From: Eledone cirrhosa
Lineage: Eukaryota
Direction: 5' to 3'
Length of the DNA stretch: 64,000 nucleotides
NCBI GenBank assembly: GCA_964016885.1
Contig: OZ024742.1
Coordinates: 67,828,001-67,892,000, forward strand
Shown here: piece after piece, positions 1 through 14,102 of the stretch
Numbering within the stretch: position 1 is the first letter of the stretch
Layout of the letters: each line of letters starts with the position of its first letter
Position numbers and translations under genes: made by a program
Notes under the pieces: generated by a model
The model's database searches: none
What the model was told of the DNA's origin: nothing
What the model saw: the letters and a program-made list of their open reading frames with translations, nothing else

Positions 1-1400
1 CGGCCTTTTATTTTGCCTGCCCACCGTGCTCCTTCAAGACTGCCATGCCTAACCAAGCCGCATCCCTGCCACCGTCAATCCCTGCCCTCTCCCTTGCCCG
101 CACGCCTTGATCCCTCACGACTGCCATGGCTTACCATGCGGCATTCCTGCCCTGTCAGCAACTTGCTCAAATGTCATCAGCATGGTTTATTCCTGCGCCG
201 CACATAACCGCCCATTATCTCAGACCAAAGACAGCACCGAATATGAAACGACCCTGTGTAAGTCTTTTTACATTCATTTTGACCATATTTAACAAAATTA
301 AACAAACATTCATCCCTTTCTCCTCCAAAGCCTACCGATCACGTATGGCCGATAAACATCCTGCCTTGCACCCGTTTTTCTTAAACAATCATCGTGCCTC
401 CCGGTGCTCTCTACATTCCCGAGGTGCAACTCAATTGGCATGCCGCATCCACGCCCTGTCAGCCGCCATGCACCCTACCCTTTCGTCATGCCTCATCATG
501 TTGCATCCTTGCCCTGTCAGCCGCCATCCACTCCCCGACCCTTTCCACTGACTAGGCATGGAAGTCTTGAGTGACCAAGTGGCATCCATGCCACCGTCAA
601 CCCCTGCCCTCTCTGTTCTCTGCATGCCGTCATCCCACTGCATCGTCATGCATCACTATGCCGCATCAATGCTCTGTCAGCCGCCATCCCCTCCTCGGCC
701 CTTTATTTTTCCTGCCCGCAGTGCTCCTTCAAGACTGCCATGGCTCACCATGCGGCATCCTTGCCACCGTCCACCCCTGCCCTCTTCCTTGCCTGCTGAC
801 CGTGATCCCACTGCATGGCCATGGCTCAGGATGCCGCATCCATGCCCTGTCAGCCACCATCCCCTCCTCAGCCCTTTCTTTTGCCTGACCGCCGTGCTCC
901 TTCAAGACTCCCATCGCTATCTATGCCGCATCAATTCCTTGCGACCCGCTTAAACGTCATCAGCGTGGCTTATTGTTGCCCCATTTGACCACCGATTTTC
1001 GCAGGCTAAACACAATACCAACGTGCACGATAGTCCATGGTAAATCTTTTTAATTACTTGTTCATCATGCTAAGCAAAGGATGAATATCAACTCTTTCAT
1101 TTCTCCTGACATGCCTTTCTGTCAATTATGGCCGAGAAGCATCCTGTGTAGCATCGTGCCTTCCACTGTCCTCACAATTGACTCACAACGCCGCATCTAT
1201 TCCCTGCGACGCCCCTAAATATCATCAGCATGGCATATTTTTCTGCCGCGTTTAACCGGCCCTCATTCTAGGCCATAAGCAACAAAACCGAACGATGATG
1301 CTGCGTAAGTCTATTTAAATTAATGATCAACATGTTCAGCAAAACAATTGTACCAAATCTTCCTCTTCACCTCCAAGGCCTATCCGTTACATCTTGGAGG
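1..1400. repeat. GC-rich degenerate tandem repeat region (~80 bp subunits plus larger units), probably inside the Helitron-like element
   Basis: cggcc-tttatttt-cctgccc-gtgctccttcaagactgccatg recurs at ~1, ~697 and ~870; aaa-gtcatcagc-tgg blocks recur at ~169, ~952 and ~1217. Confidence 0.75.
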
Positions 1401-2712
1401 TCGGGATTCGCAATTTCTACGATTTCAATATTGACACAACAGTCCGTCAGATTTTTCAGCACATGTTGCTCCGATAGGATATCAACGTGATTTTCACTTA
1501 ATTCGTAAGTGTTCAGTCTTCCGTATGCTTTTATTTGTTATTGATACAACACCGACTACAATCATCTAACTTCACTTTGTAGGCTAGACATGAATCAAAA
1601 GGAAAACAATCCTCTGATATACCACCTCACTAAATTATTTGGTCTACCTAGACTTCAATGGCTATATCCTTTGCTTTTGTACGGTTGTACATTTGACAAT
1701 GTCACAAAACATTATTCCACTTAATTCTTACCTTTCAGCTATGAATTGGGCAGTGCCTTAAAATCCCCATTTATTTGTGTGCAATTTTGGGGTATCTTAT
1801 GAATGGAGAATCGAAAACCCTTTTTCTCATAACCTGCTCCATGGATGTTTGGGGACTATTTTTACAAAATACCAATATCACAGATTGGAGCACAAAAAGA
1901 AACGTTTGTTCTTCATTATTTCGGTTAAAGCATCCTGCTGGAATTTAGCGCAGATCCGTTTAAATCCAGCGCCTTATAACCCCAAGTGTAACCGGGTACA
2001 CCAGCTAGAAAGACAAATGGAAACATTGTTTCCTCGGTCCGATTTGACGAAAGGCGATTTAGTTCCACAACAAATTAACAAACCACACTTGAAGACACGT
2101 TGAGGCTGTTACAAAGGGCCTAGATACAATTTTGATCAACTTTTTTTACCTATAGCAAATTTACCGGGACAGGTTTTTAGCTACTCAAATCTACTTCAGA
2201 GGTCACGCATTCATGTAAAAAGTAAATAAAACTGAAGCGGGGGTTCGACTTTACGCAAAAAACAAGGCAAAGTTGCACATGGGAACACTTTTTACAGGAA
2301 CGTTCGATTTTCTTGAAAACTGTCGCAAAATACTCGCCATTGTGCCGCGGTTCAGATAAAGTCACTTTTATTTCTTCTTCTGCACATGTGAGCGCGAAAA
2401 TTGTAAAAAAAAGAAAAAAAAACTGAAAAAAATCGACTTTTTAACCCAGCTTTAAAAATCAACTGAAAATTCAATTTCAAGTGAATTTGACTTCCGTCAG
2501 TCGTGCAAAAAACAATTTCAACGATACACTGTGAACCTACAACTGATCCATTATTTATGCTCAATTACACACCTGCGTCTAGTAACCTCTGTTTTTTTTC
2601 CTTGAGGTTCGAAGGTTTTTGCACTTGTGATGCGCGGGAAGTAACTTTCACACATTTTAACAACAGAGCAAAGGTCGACTTACACCCGAGCAGCGCCGGG
2701 TACTTCTGCTAG
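1..2712 (+). mobile_element. Helitron-like element, 3' end (5' end outside the window or not recognised)
   Basis: Subterminal hairpin acccg-agcagcgc-cgggt (2684-2701), then CTAG at 2709-2712 followed by T: the canonical Helitron 3' signature. The upstream extent is inferred. Confidence 0.6.
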
Positions 2713-3159
2713 TATATGTATGTATATACCACTCTATCATTTGGTTCGATTTCTAATATCTATCGATCATTGCATCTACGTAACAATTTTTTACATGCCT
2801 GTTTTTTTTTTAAATAATCTAAGTTTTCTATCTAATTATATTTCAACTTCTGACTAAATTGTTAGCTACCTAATAATACGATTATCTCTTTTATCTTTAT
2901 CTATTCATATATGTCTAGCAATCTATCTATACACTATTATCTCTCCCGGTGTCTATGTCACTATGTTGATATCTATCTATTACTCTGTTGAGGAATCTAT
3001 CTAATAATATCTCTATCTAATTAGCTAACTAGTTAACGGTCTAGGATTCCATTTGTCTGTCTATATGGATAATTCCATCTCTCTCACTCTCAATGTCTCT
3101 TTTGCTCTCCCCCTCCTCTCTCTCTCTCTCTCTTCCTCTCTCTTAGGTACAGTAAGCAT

Positions 3160-3226
<67 letters not shown>

Positions 3227-3258
3227 ATACATACTTACATTCACACACACATATATAA

Positions 3259-3318
<60 letters not shown>

Positions 3319-3775
3319 CATATATGTGTGTGTGTGTTTGTGTGTGTATGTGTGTGTGTATTCAACTCGGTCTTTATCCAATTACCTACGTACCTACCAA
3401 CCTATTTAACTATCTAACAATCGGTTTATTTAATGATCTACCTCATAATCGATCTAATTCAGTTTTACTGATGTTTTGAACCATAAAATACTTCCATTTA
3501 TCCACTTAGCTGTGTTGCCGTCTGCAAAATGGCCGATGTTACTTACATTTTAAGATGAAAGCATTTATTGACTTAAAACAATATCTTCTAAATCTTAATG
3601 AGATATTAGTCTTCCCATTTTCTTTCTTATTTCCATCAAACATATTGCTTGTAATCTTCTGACTAATGATTCCTCGAAAACTTTAATCACGTACTTGGAC
3701 ACACACACATTCACACACAAACACAAACACACACGCACACACACTAAAATAAGCACACTAGCAAATAGAAACGCA

Positions 3776-3816
<41 letters not shown>

Positions 3817-4080
3817 CCACATTTCTTTTCTGAATTTTGGCTTTCGTATTAATATTTTGAAAGTAGGTTATGTTTATGACTTTAGTAAGTATTTGTAATT
3901 TCCAATGGTTCAGGATGGGTTTGTTTGGAGCTAATAGTGATTGGGGAGATTTCGGTTTATTAGGCGGAATAGTACTTTAACGTTTTTAAATGTTTAAATA
4001 AATGTATATGATAGTCACTGAAATGGGTATGGTTGTTGTAGATTATTACGGAATGGCGTCGTAGTCACTGCTTATAATAA

Positions 4081-4267
4081 GTGTTTCTATTTTTGGCACA
4101 AGGCCAGCAATTACCCAGTACATTATTGGTACTTTATTTTATCGACCCCGTAAGGATGAAAGGCAAAGTTAACCTCGGCGGGATTTGAACTCAGAATAGC
4201 AAGGGCCGTAACTCTATGCGTCAAAGTATGGCGTCCGACCCTCTACCGGTACTGCCAATCCACCGCC
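4081..4267 (-). mobile_element. tRNA-derived SINE
   Basis: Minus strand: ggcggtggattggcagtaccgg (A box), gagttcaaatcc (B box), central gcctttcatccttacggggtcgataaaataaagtacca (Deu/Nin-like domain, from memory). Confidence 0.85.
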
Positions 4268-4291
4268 TTATAATCCACTGCTTATAATAAT

Positions 4292-4505
4292 GATTTCTAG
4301 TATAGGCACAAGGCCAGTAATTTCGGGGGAGGGGAAAGTCGATTAAATCGACTCCAGTACGTTACTGGTGCTTTATTTTATGGACCCTGTAAGGATGAAA
4401 AGCAAAGTTAACCTCAGCGAGATTTGAACTCAGACAGGAAAGGGCCGTAATTCTGTGCTGCAAAGCATGGTGTCCGACTCTCTACCGATACTGCCAATCC
4501 TCGCC
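4292..4505 (-). mobile_element. tRNA-derived SINE, longer variant
   Basis: Same family with an extra ~25 nt segment (tttcgggggaggggaaagtcgattaaatcgac); cactgcttat(t)a(t)aataa occurs at 4066, 4277 and 4510. Confidence 0.85.
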
Positions 4506-4939
4506 CTGTCACTGCTTATTATAATAAATATTGTTTATTCTTATACACAAACTGCTTAATATACCAGCTACCAGCAGCAAACGTCGCTCTCCCTCATACT
4601 GGTATTTAGAGCGGATTGATGATTGTATTTACGAAGTATGAGTGACGAAGTGTGGATATTGACCTGGTTCTAGTATGCACATTTATTGTGTAATTGGCTT
4701 TCTTTTAAGGAGTGCAATAGATACGAGTTTGGCATTCGATGGTCTTATCCCCTGAGTGTTTTGATTTTTTGGCTTTGTTACTGGGATGCATGATTTGCGT
4801 ATTGGAACATTCAGTGATTACTTTGCGTTTGATCTAGCTGTGTCTACGTTCAGATTAAGTGTTTGACGGTCCTATGTGCTTATTTACACACACACACACA
4901 CACACACATACTCACAGACATAGGCAAACACGCACATAG

Positions 4940-5025
<86 letters not shown>

Positions 5026-5042
5026 GAGATGAATTTATAGCA

Positions 5043-5099
<57 letters not shown>

Positions 5100-5486
5100 C
5101 ATGCAAATTGGAAAACAAACGACGAGATTAAAAAGTGATTGATCTTTTGATTTCTCATTTACATTTCAACATCTCTTGTGTAGCTTCTGTAAAAAGTTCC
5201 CTCTTTTATAGGGAACGCCTCGAACTACCTACATCAAGAAATATTTAATGGTTCGTTCGCTGCTCTAGCCATTAATAATTACATTCTTTTCCTCAATATT
5301 TTAAAACCACGAATTGTGTCATCATGATTATATATCTAAATCACAAGCGTTATTGTCGATGTAAGATTGTTAAAGTCGGAATTCTGATTTATTCATCCGG
5401 AATATTTTTATAAATGAAAATCGGTGGATTTTTATATATATATATATATATATATATTTATTTATTTATTTATTTATTTATCTTGC

Positions 5487-5555
<69 letters not shown>

Positions 5556-5566
5556 TAACAGATTAA

Positions 5567-5616
5567 AGTTTAAGCAAAGAATCGCTGCTTTCACCCTTAA
5601 GGGATCTTCTGAAACT
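5567..5616 (-). ncRNA. Type I hammerhead ribozyme, variant core CAGAAGA
   Basis: agttt-CAGAAGA-tcccttaagggt-GAAA-gcagcgattctttgc-TT-aaact: stem I 5 bp, stem II ccc/ggg, stem III agcag/ttgct. Confidence 0.6.
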
Positions 5617-5880
5617 AACAAAGTCAATCTGTAAATGCAGAAGTGGATATTTCAAAAAACGTTGCAACCGGAGGAAGACAGGAAGACGGTACTTTGGTTC
5701 GTGGAAACGTTCGCTAGCAAAGAACGGGAAAAAACGAATATAATACGTCATTAATAGGAGCGGTGAAAAACTATTACACGCAAAGACAGAACCACTAACC
5801 TTGCACATAACATCACAGCTTCAAATTTAGCTAAGCTACCTAGCCGTAGGAACACGTGCAACCCTGTAGATAGTACTAAC

Positions 5881-6320
5881 TGTAATTGTAGGAATCGTGA
5901 TGATTGCCCCTATCCGGGAAATGCCGCTCTAGTAACATTGTCTACAAATGTAAGGTTGTAACACCCACGTCCCGTAGGGCCTACATAGGGATAACCGCCA
6001 ATAGATTCAAGCAGCGTCTTTACATGCATACCCATTCTTTTCGTTACCCCCTAAGAAGGAATATGACGTCACTTTCAGCTTATATCTGGAGTCTAAAAGA
6101 CAACCACACCCAATATAAGTTACACTGGGAGATCCTAGCTAGGGCTAGATCGTATAACGGAAATAAAAGACCATGTGACCTCTGCGCTGCTGAGGCCCTG
6201 GAAATACTCCATGCCACAGACCACATTTTAAACAAAAAATCCGAGGCAATTTCAGTTTGTAAACATAAATTGCACAAAACCTTCCTGTATTACAGCCCCA
6301 CGTTATATCCTAACGGATAG
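5881..6320 (+). pseudogene. GIY-YIG endonuclease domain of a Penelope-like element
   Basis: CNCRNRDDCP, 1-nt frameshift near 5910, then LSGKC..IVYKCKV..YIGITANRFKQRLYMH..CDLC..E..LNKKSE..CKH. Confidence 0.88.
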
Positions 6321-7213
6321 TACGATCTATACGTGGATATTTTACGTCTTGATGTGGGGGCGAAGTATATGTTTTGTTTATACCATTACTTATTTGCATA
6401 GGTATGTATATATTACCCGTATGTTTTGTGAAGGTACGTATACCTTCTCGTACGTATATTTGATTGTTTATGTTATGGCGTATAATTTTATATATTCCGG
6501 TACATATGGTTTGGCTACGTGTATACGGGAGTTTTGCGTCTGTGCGTGTAGGGTGTGTGTATATGTGTACTTCATGTTTTGGTTGACTTACGTCTCCGAA
6601 AATTCGTGTATTTACATGTAGGTTTGTGTGTGCCCTTGTTATATACGTATTTATTTATTTATATACGTTTATATAATTATTTATTTGTTTGTATACACGC
6701 ATACACACACACAGATATTTATATGTGCGTGGTTTTGTATACCTATGGTAAGTGTTTTGCGTATGCTTGGGTATGTACGTATTTGTTTGCGTGTATGTAT
6801 TTATTTATTTCTATTACTTCTGTATTGTATTTATTTACTTTGTTCTTTACTCTGAAGCGGAGATTCATTCGGTCTCCTAGTTAGAATTTTAGTCTACGAC
6901 TTCTGCTATACCATTTACGTGGTTTTGTCTACACATATGACATATTATCTTCGTTTTTTTCGTTCATTGCCAGAGAACGTCTCTATGAACCACCTAAGAG
7001 AACATTGGTCTACGACCTCCTTTATACCATAAACGTGGTTCTTCTTTGCGCGTAATTGTTTTTCACCGCTCCTATTAATGACGTATTATATTCGTTTTTT
7101 CCCGTTCTTTGCCAGCGAACGTTTCCACGAACCAAAGTACCGTCTTCCTGTCTTCCTCCGGTTGCAACGTTTTTTTGAAATATCCACTTCTGCGTTTACA
7201 GATTGACTTTGTT

Positions 7214-7264
7214 AGTTTCAGAAGATCGCGTTAAGGGTGAAAGCAGCGATTCTTTGCTTAAACT
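7214..7264 (+). ncRNA. Type I hammerhead ribozyme, variant core CAGAAGA (3' pLTR copy)
   Basis: Same motif as 5567-5616 with a slightly mutated stem II. Confidence 0.55.
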
Positions 7265-7371
7265 TTAATCTGTTATTTTAATAAATATTTGCTCTACGGT
7301 TCTTATATATTTGATATATATTTATACTTATCGAGCCCTCTTTGGATTTTAGTCTTCAAATTTATTATTAT

Positions 7372-7435
<64 letters not shown>

Positions 7436-7570
7436 AATTAGTACATCTACCAACATATGTATACAGATGCATACTTATGCAAGCAAATATATAGGTTTTG
7501 TCTTAGTAACTTTGTGGTTCAATGCAAGGGGATGCAGAACAATTATATGAATATATATATATATATATAT

Positions 7571-7985
7571 GGGATAGCAAGTTATCGTTATAGGTAATCC
7601 AGTTAGAGTACTCCGCGTCGTGGATAGTTTTAACATACGGCTTTGTTTGACTCAACAAGATGTTTCCATAGTTATGCAGCGAGTTCGCGGTAATTTCTAT
7701 GCAGGTTATACTTGGAGTAATAATAGTAAAAAGAAAGAAGAGTAGCATGGTTGGCTGTACAATAACGGCTTTATCTAAAGTACTGAAAATTGTTTCGTTG
7801 ATCAGGTGTGTCTAGAGTTCGCTAATCGCTTGATGTGTTGACCAGTGGTAAACAATGTATTTGGGATCGATTGACGCAACCTCAAGCGATTAGGGAAGAC
7901 TAGACACACCTGACCAACGAAACAATTGTCAGTACTTTAAATAAAGCCCTTATTGTACATCCAACCATGTTACTCTTCTTTCTTT
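7571..7985. mobile_element. pLTR-like non-coding element with fold-back; 3' half of an HHR
   Basis: Inverted arms 7730-7833 / 7882-7985; GAAACAATTGTCagtac at 7919-7935; homologous to 48418-48719. Confidence 0.7.
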
Positions 7986-8163
7986 AACTATATGACATAT
8001 ATATATATATATAAATACACGCAAGATGACTAAATGGAGGAGTTGCAGGTCGTTTAAAACACACACAAACACACACACACGCGCGCGCGCACGCGCACAC
8101 AAACACACATACACACACACACGCACACACACACGTACACACACACACACACACACTCACAGC

Positions 8164-8227
<64 letters not shown>

Positions 8228-8268
8228 TAAAGATCCGAAGGCATGGTATAAATGTCCGTTCATTTTAA

Positions 8269-8342
8269 TCACGACACATGTTTCAATAAGAGATAGCTCG
8301 ATCGTGCGGCCATGATCCATTATCACTGAACTCGTCAGGTGA
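8269..8342 (-). ncRNA. Type I hammerhead ribozyme with extended stem II
   Basis: tcac-CTGACGA-(47 nt)-GAAA-catgtg-TC-gtga; decayed copy (TTGACGC core) at 10182-10255 on +. Confidence 0.7.
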
Positions 8343-8803
8343 AAATGAATTGTCTTCAAATCCTTGATATGAGGAAGAAAATGTAACGATGTTCACTCAC
8401 TAGACTTTTGCCCCCATATGAAGATTAAGCAGCCAAAACACGCCGGCTGCTATCGTCCTCAGTTAGGGTCACAATACTATCAAGTCGCTATCTCTCAATA
8501 GCTGTAAAAGACGCTGGTCAGGTCTAATCTCAACATCAAATCTTTAGAATTACAGTCGGTCACAGTTAGTGTGAGTGAGTACACACACACTGACACTCAC
8601 CGACGCGAGGTCGAAGAAAAAAATATATATACAAACTAACATAGTATTCACCGAAAGGTAGTTTACAAAACAACAAATGTTATATTGGTCAAATCTCCAT
8701 TTGACGATGTAAATTGGAGAAATTGGGTCAACCGCAACCCTATACACACGCAAGTAAATTCAGTTCAATGCTTTGCTATACGTATATCGATTGAATTGTA
8801 AAT

Positions 8804-8912
8804 AGTGTATGTTTTGGTATATACACATCCGTATCGTCTAAAAAAGTGTATGTTTTGGTATATACACATCCGTATCGTCTAAAAAAGTGTATGTTTTGGT
8901 ATATACACATCC
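8804..8912. repeat. ~41-42 bp tandem repeat, ~2.7 copies
   Basis: agtgtatgttttggtatatacacatccgtatcgtctaaaaa repeated. Confidence 0.9.
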
Positions 8913-10486
8913 ATGTTAAGAGCAAGTAGTCAGCTCATATCGAACTCAGTATGTGCCGTTGTCCCATTGAGAATTTGAGTCCCCAAATCTGTGCGTGCAA
9001 GCAACCGCCATGTAGGCGACCAAGGGGCTCTGTGTAGGGTTGGGTATTTGAGTTAAGGTGTCAGTATGTGCGTTTTCTCGTCAAATGGGCCCTTGGGCTT
9101 TTAAGGTAGGTCTTTGAGTGGTGGAGGTGTGTTACCCAATATAGAAATAAAATAAAATAAAATTAAAGTAAAATAAAAAAGAATAGCAAAACCCAGAGGA
9201 TGTGTGTAAGCCCATTAATGGTGTGTAAGTAATATTGTCCAATCAGTAACCGTGATCACTCCATGGTTAGATGAGGACTGACGAAAACCTAGTGTCGTGT
9301 TCAATTGATAGGATCGTGACCAGTCATAACTGTGGGAACTCCGTGTCTAAAGAAACCGGGTACGGTGTGTAGAGTCATGTATAAAGAGCGTAATCGGTCT
9401 TAACTGAGTGTGTAATACGTTTAACTATTTACTAACCGAGAGAACTCAATGATTATGGTATTCTAAAGTAATGGTGAAAGCGCGTAATCGGTCTTAACTG
9501 AGTGTGAAATCATTCTAACTATTTACTAACTAAGTATTCTAAAGTAGTGGTAAATGTGCACCCACTCTCGGTTAGTAAATAGTTAGACGTATTACACACT
9601 CAGTTAAAACCGAATACGCGCTTTATACATGACTTTACACACAGTATCCGGTTTGTTTAGACACGGAGTTCCCACAGTTATGACTGGTGACGATCCTATC
9701 AATTGAACACTACACTAGGTTTGATCAGTGATCATCTAACCATGGAGTGCTCACGGTTACTGATTGGACAATATTACTTACACACCATTAATTCCAATTT
9801 CTCCAATTTACACCAATTTCTCCAATTTACAACGTCAAATGGAGATTTGACCAATATAACATTTGTTGTTTTGTAAACTACCTTTCGGTGAATACTATGT
9901 TAGTTTGTATATATATTTTTTTCTTTGACCTCGCGTCGGTGTGTGTGAGTGTGTGTGTACTCACTCACACTAACTGTGACCGACTGTAATTCTAAAGATT
10001 TGATGTTGAGATTAGACCCGTCCAGCGTCTTTTACAGCTATTGAGAGATATAGACCCTAACTGAGGACGATAGCAACCGGCGTGTTTTGGTTGCTTAATC
10101 TTCATATGGGAGGCAAAACTCTAGTGAGTGAACATCGTTAAATTTTCTCCCTCATATCAAGGATTTGAAGACAATTCATTTTCACTTGACGCGTTCAGTG
10201 ATAATTGATCATGGTCGCAAGATCGATCTATCTCTTATTGAAACATGTGTCGTGATTAAAATGATTGGATATTTATACCATGCCTTCGGATCTTATTTTG
10301 ATACAAATACTCCGTTTTACATCATCTGACTGTTCCCATAAATGGAATTGGAGATATACAAAAGCGTTGAGAACTTAATATTGCTAACACAAGTTTATTG
10401 GACCGTATGACACAACCAATAATACACCTTACTATATAGCAACTATATATATATACACATATATATACACATATATGTATATACAC

Positions 10487-10524
<38 letters not shown>

Positions 10525-10588
10525 TTGTGTGCGTATGTGTGCGTGTGTGTGTGTGTGCGTGTGTGTGTGTGTATGTGTGTGTGTGTGT

Positions 10589-10689
<101 letters not shown>

Positions 10690-10839
10690 CGTGTGTGTAT
10701 GACTTGACCTTCACGTTTGTGAATTTTACATTTACAATCTTTGATGAAACCTCTTAAAAATCCAGGCACAAATTTTATTGATTCTTTAAATCCTAACTTT
10801 TCTGTAGGCTTCTCTTCCGCTTATTAATTACGTATGAAA

Positions 10840-10895
<56 letters not shown>

Positions 10896-12093
10896 ATGTA
10901 TCTATATATATATATATTATATGTAAGTATGCATATACAGTTGCATACATATATTTACAAATATATATACATACAAAAACACATACATATATATATATGT
11001 ACGTACACACACAGATATATGTATATATATATATATATACGCATACATGCAGATATATGTATATATACGCATACATACAGATATATGTATATATGTATAT
11101 ATGTATATATATATATATATATACATATATATACATATATACATATATACATATATCTGTATGTATGCGTGCAGAGCAGATATGTGTCTTTGCGATTTCA
11201 TAATATTGGCAGCTGACATATGGAAATGTTATTAACTTCCAATCGTGTTTTTAATATACGTACATAGTATTTCTTAAGGTTGCTTATATTTTCTTGACAT
11301 TTTTCTTCAATATTTACATTTATATTTCTTAATGTGGTGTTCAATTCTAATTATATCTAATAATTTTGAACTATGAATATTTCTTAATGTTTACGTTGGT
11401 GACTGAATTTCAATTGAATTCTGTATTCATATCACAGAGTTATCATAATTTATTCGAATATATTTGATATGAATAATATAAACATACAATTTAGCCGCTA
11501 CGAGCTGTCCTTCAATGGCTTGGGAGTACGCCTATTCGCCCGTGCCATGTTTACGCCACTCAATCAGATTTTAATAATTTCACTAGAGTGCAACACGTAA
11601 CTTCCCACTCCCACTTTTCTGTCCAAATGTAGCCTCAAAACGATGTTGCAGGAATAACAAAATGTCTATCCTCAGTATTTTCTGTTACGTGCATCACTCA
11701 TTGAGAGCAACCTTAGCCGCTTGAAAAAGAAATGAATATTTTGCGGATCTGCGTTACAGGATTTACACGAGTGACTCGTTGGATAGCTGGATGTGTTCAA
11801 AACACTACGTCAGCAAAGCTCAGACACAGAAAGATGCGTGCATTTCCGTGCCTGTAGAATTGATCCTGAATCGGCAATGTTTCCCCCCTGCCTAACCTAT
11901 TGTATCTGGAAGCTGTTTCTAGTCTACTAACCAAATGTCTTCAAGATTAGACTAGCTAGTTTTATCGAGCAGGTATTCCCAGCTTATCCTCATTAGTTCG
12001 CTATAGCAATTTAACGTAAAACTTTCATTGGTCGAATTATCTGACTGATAGAGGAATCTGAGTGGCTAACAACTTACCAAATTCTAAGTTCAG

Positions 12094-12432
12094 ATGTTTG
12101 CTCATTGCATGATTTTGCTATGCAAGAGACTTGACGGATGTTACACGAGGATGCTGAAAATGGCTCTCAACATTTCTTGGAAACAGAAGCTGACAAATAA
12201 AGAACTATATAGATCACCAGTCTCAAAAAGAGTTGCCTGCCGACGAATCAAACTGGCTGGAAACCGTCGGCCTGACGAAGAAGCGTGGGAAGACAGGTCG
12301 TCTCATTCATTGCTGAGATACCCTGCTGAGAGATGCCAACATTGATAAGATCAACGAACTGAGAAATGTCATGCTCGACCGGGACGATTGGAGAAAGCGT
12401 GCTGAATCTTTGCGAGTGTAAACTCGACCGAA

Positions 12433-12463
<31 letters not shown>

Positions 12464-12486
12464 AAGAAGAAGAAGAAGAAGAAGAT
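12094..12486 (+). mobile_element. RTE-type LINE 3' end remnant with (AAG)n tail
   Basis: KRLDGCYTRMLKMALNISWKQKLTNKELY..IKLAG and, in another frame, ELRNVMLDRDDWRK, followed by an AAG repeat tail. Confidence 0.75.
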
Positions 12487-13751
12487 TCTTATTTGTAGCT
12501 CTGTCAACGGACAAATACAGTTGTTATATCTTTACGTAGTCAAGAAATCAATCTTATGCGACAAACTAGGAATACCCCCGTTCTGTTGCTCATTAACATG
12601 ACGTCTTCTAAAATGTCTATGTTAAAAGTCTGACAAGTATGTGTAAATGTTATATGGTAGTCCATTCAGCCATCCAGGCTAAGCTGTTACCCCATAATAC
12701 AACCACTCTTTGGTACTTACTACGCCAAGCATCGAATAATTCAACCTTCCTGCACTGTGTTTTTGTTGTACAGAAAAAAAATAGATATTCACATATTTAT
12801 AATAATGTATTTCAGCAGTTCTGTTTATAAAATTGGATTCATGCAACTAAAAATATGAATATAAATGAATAGCAAAAACAAATTTGAAACTTGAAAACAA
12901 AGCGGAAAATATTAGTGACGAAATATCAATAAAAACGTGCCAATTTGTCACAATCAAACGTTTCACACGTCACTTAATTGCGTGATTCTACGTTGTGCAT
13001 GGAAGACGTGGAGAGACTTTGTAAAGGTTGAATTAGGGCCAATTTAGTGGCACTTAAAAATATCTGTACATTATTTCTCCAAGTTTCGATCTAAAGAGCT
13101 AATTTTAGGCGAAGAACGGAGAAAAATAATAGAGAAATTCTTTAGTTCATTAAAAGATATGTGTGTGTGTAGGTGCGTATCGTAAGTGTCCATATACATA
13201 TATTTATGTATGTGCATATGTTTGTACACATACAAACACGCATATATATATTTAGTATATGTACACATATACATATATTTATGTATATGTACACATACAC
13301 AAACACGCACATATATATATTTATGTGTGTGAGAATATGTATGTGTATGTATACATATTTGCTGAAGCATGCGTATGTATTACGTACATTTATGTATTCT
13401 GATATAAATGTAAATACGCGGACACACACACATGTATTCACACAGACATAGCGAAGGGAAGAGAGAGTAAAAGTCCGAGTGATATATATATTGTTAGATA
13501 GATAGATAGAAGAAATATATAGATGTGTACATAACACATATATCGTAATAGAGACATTGATTAATCTGTTCTATATCACGACGGCGAAATTCCCTTCAAT
13601 TAGCGAAATGTTTTTTCATCGCTCCACCAACAAGGCTACGTTCATAAATTAATAGATTAAATCTAATATACTGCTTACAAAAAAATAATGCATTCGCAAA
13701 CAATCTCAATCCAACGCGCACACACAGAGAAATACACAGACATACACACAG

Positions 13752-13784
<33 letters not shown>

Positions 13785-14017
13785 AAGAGAGCGATAGAGT
13801 AAGAGAATGAGAAAGAGAAAGAGAATGCGAGTATGTTTTCATGTATCTATTATGTACACATACCAATGGAGAAGGTGTTTTTACGCATGTAAAATATATT
13901 GTAAGGAAACGGTAAAATATAGATAAAAGTGTACTACAGGAATGATGAAAACCAATATTTGAAGTAATTTTTAGAAGGAAAGCATAGAGAGAAAGCAAGC
14001 GAGTTTGAAAGAGGGAG

Positions 14018-14102
<85 letters not shown>

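Larger units (their letters stand above)
5549..7374 (+). mobile_element. 5'-truncated Penelope-like element with inverted 5' pLTR
   Basis: GIY-YIG remnant; inverted repeat 5549-5795 / 7035-7283; (TA)n on both flanks. Confidence 0.85.
8230..10294. mobile_element. Non-coding element with nested inverted repeats and HHRs in the outer arms
   Basis: Outer arms 8230-8726 / 9813-10294; inner arms 9214-9440 / 9567-9792; (TA)n on the left. Confidence 0.85.

Noticed and set aside
8804-8912. CRISPR-like repeat
   Set aside because: Units are directly adjacent with no unique spacers; eukaryotic context
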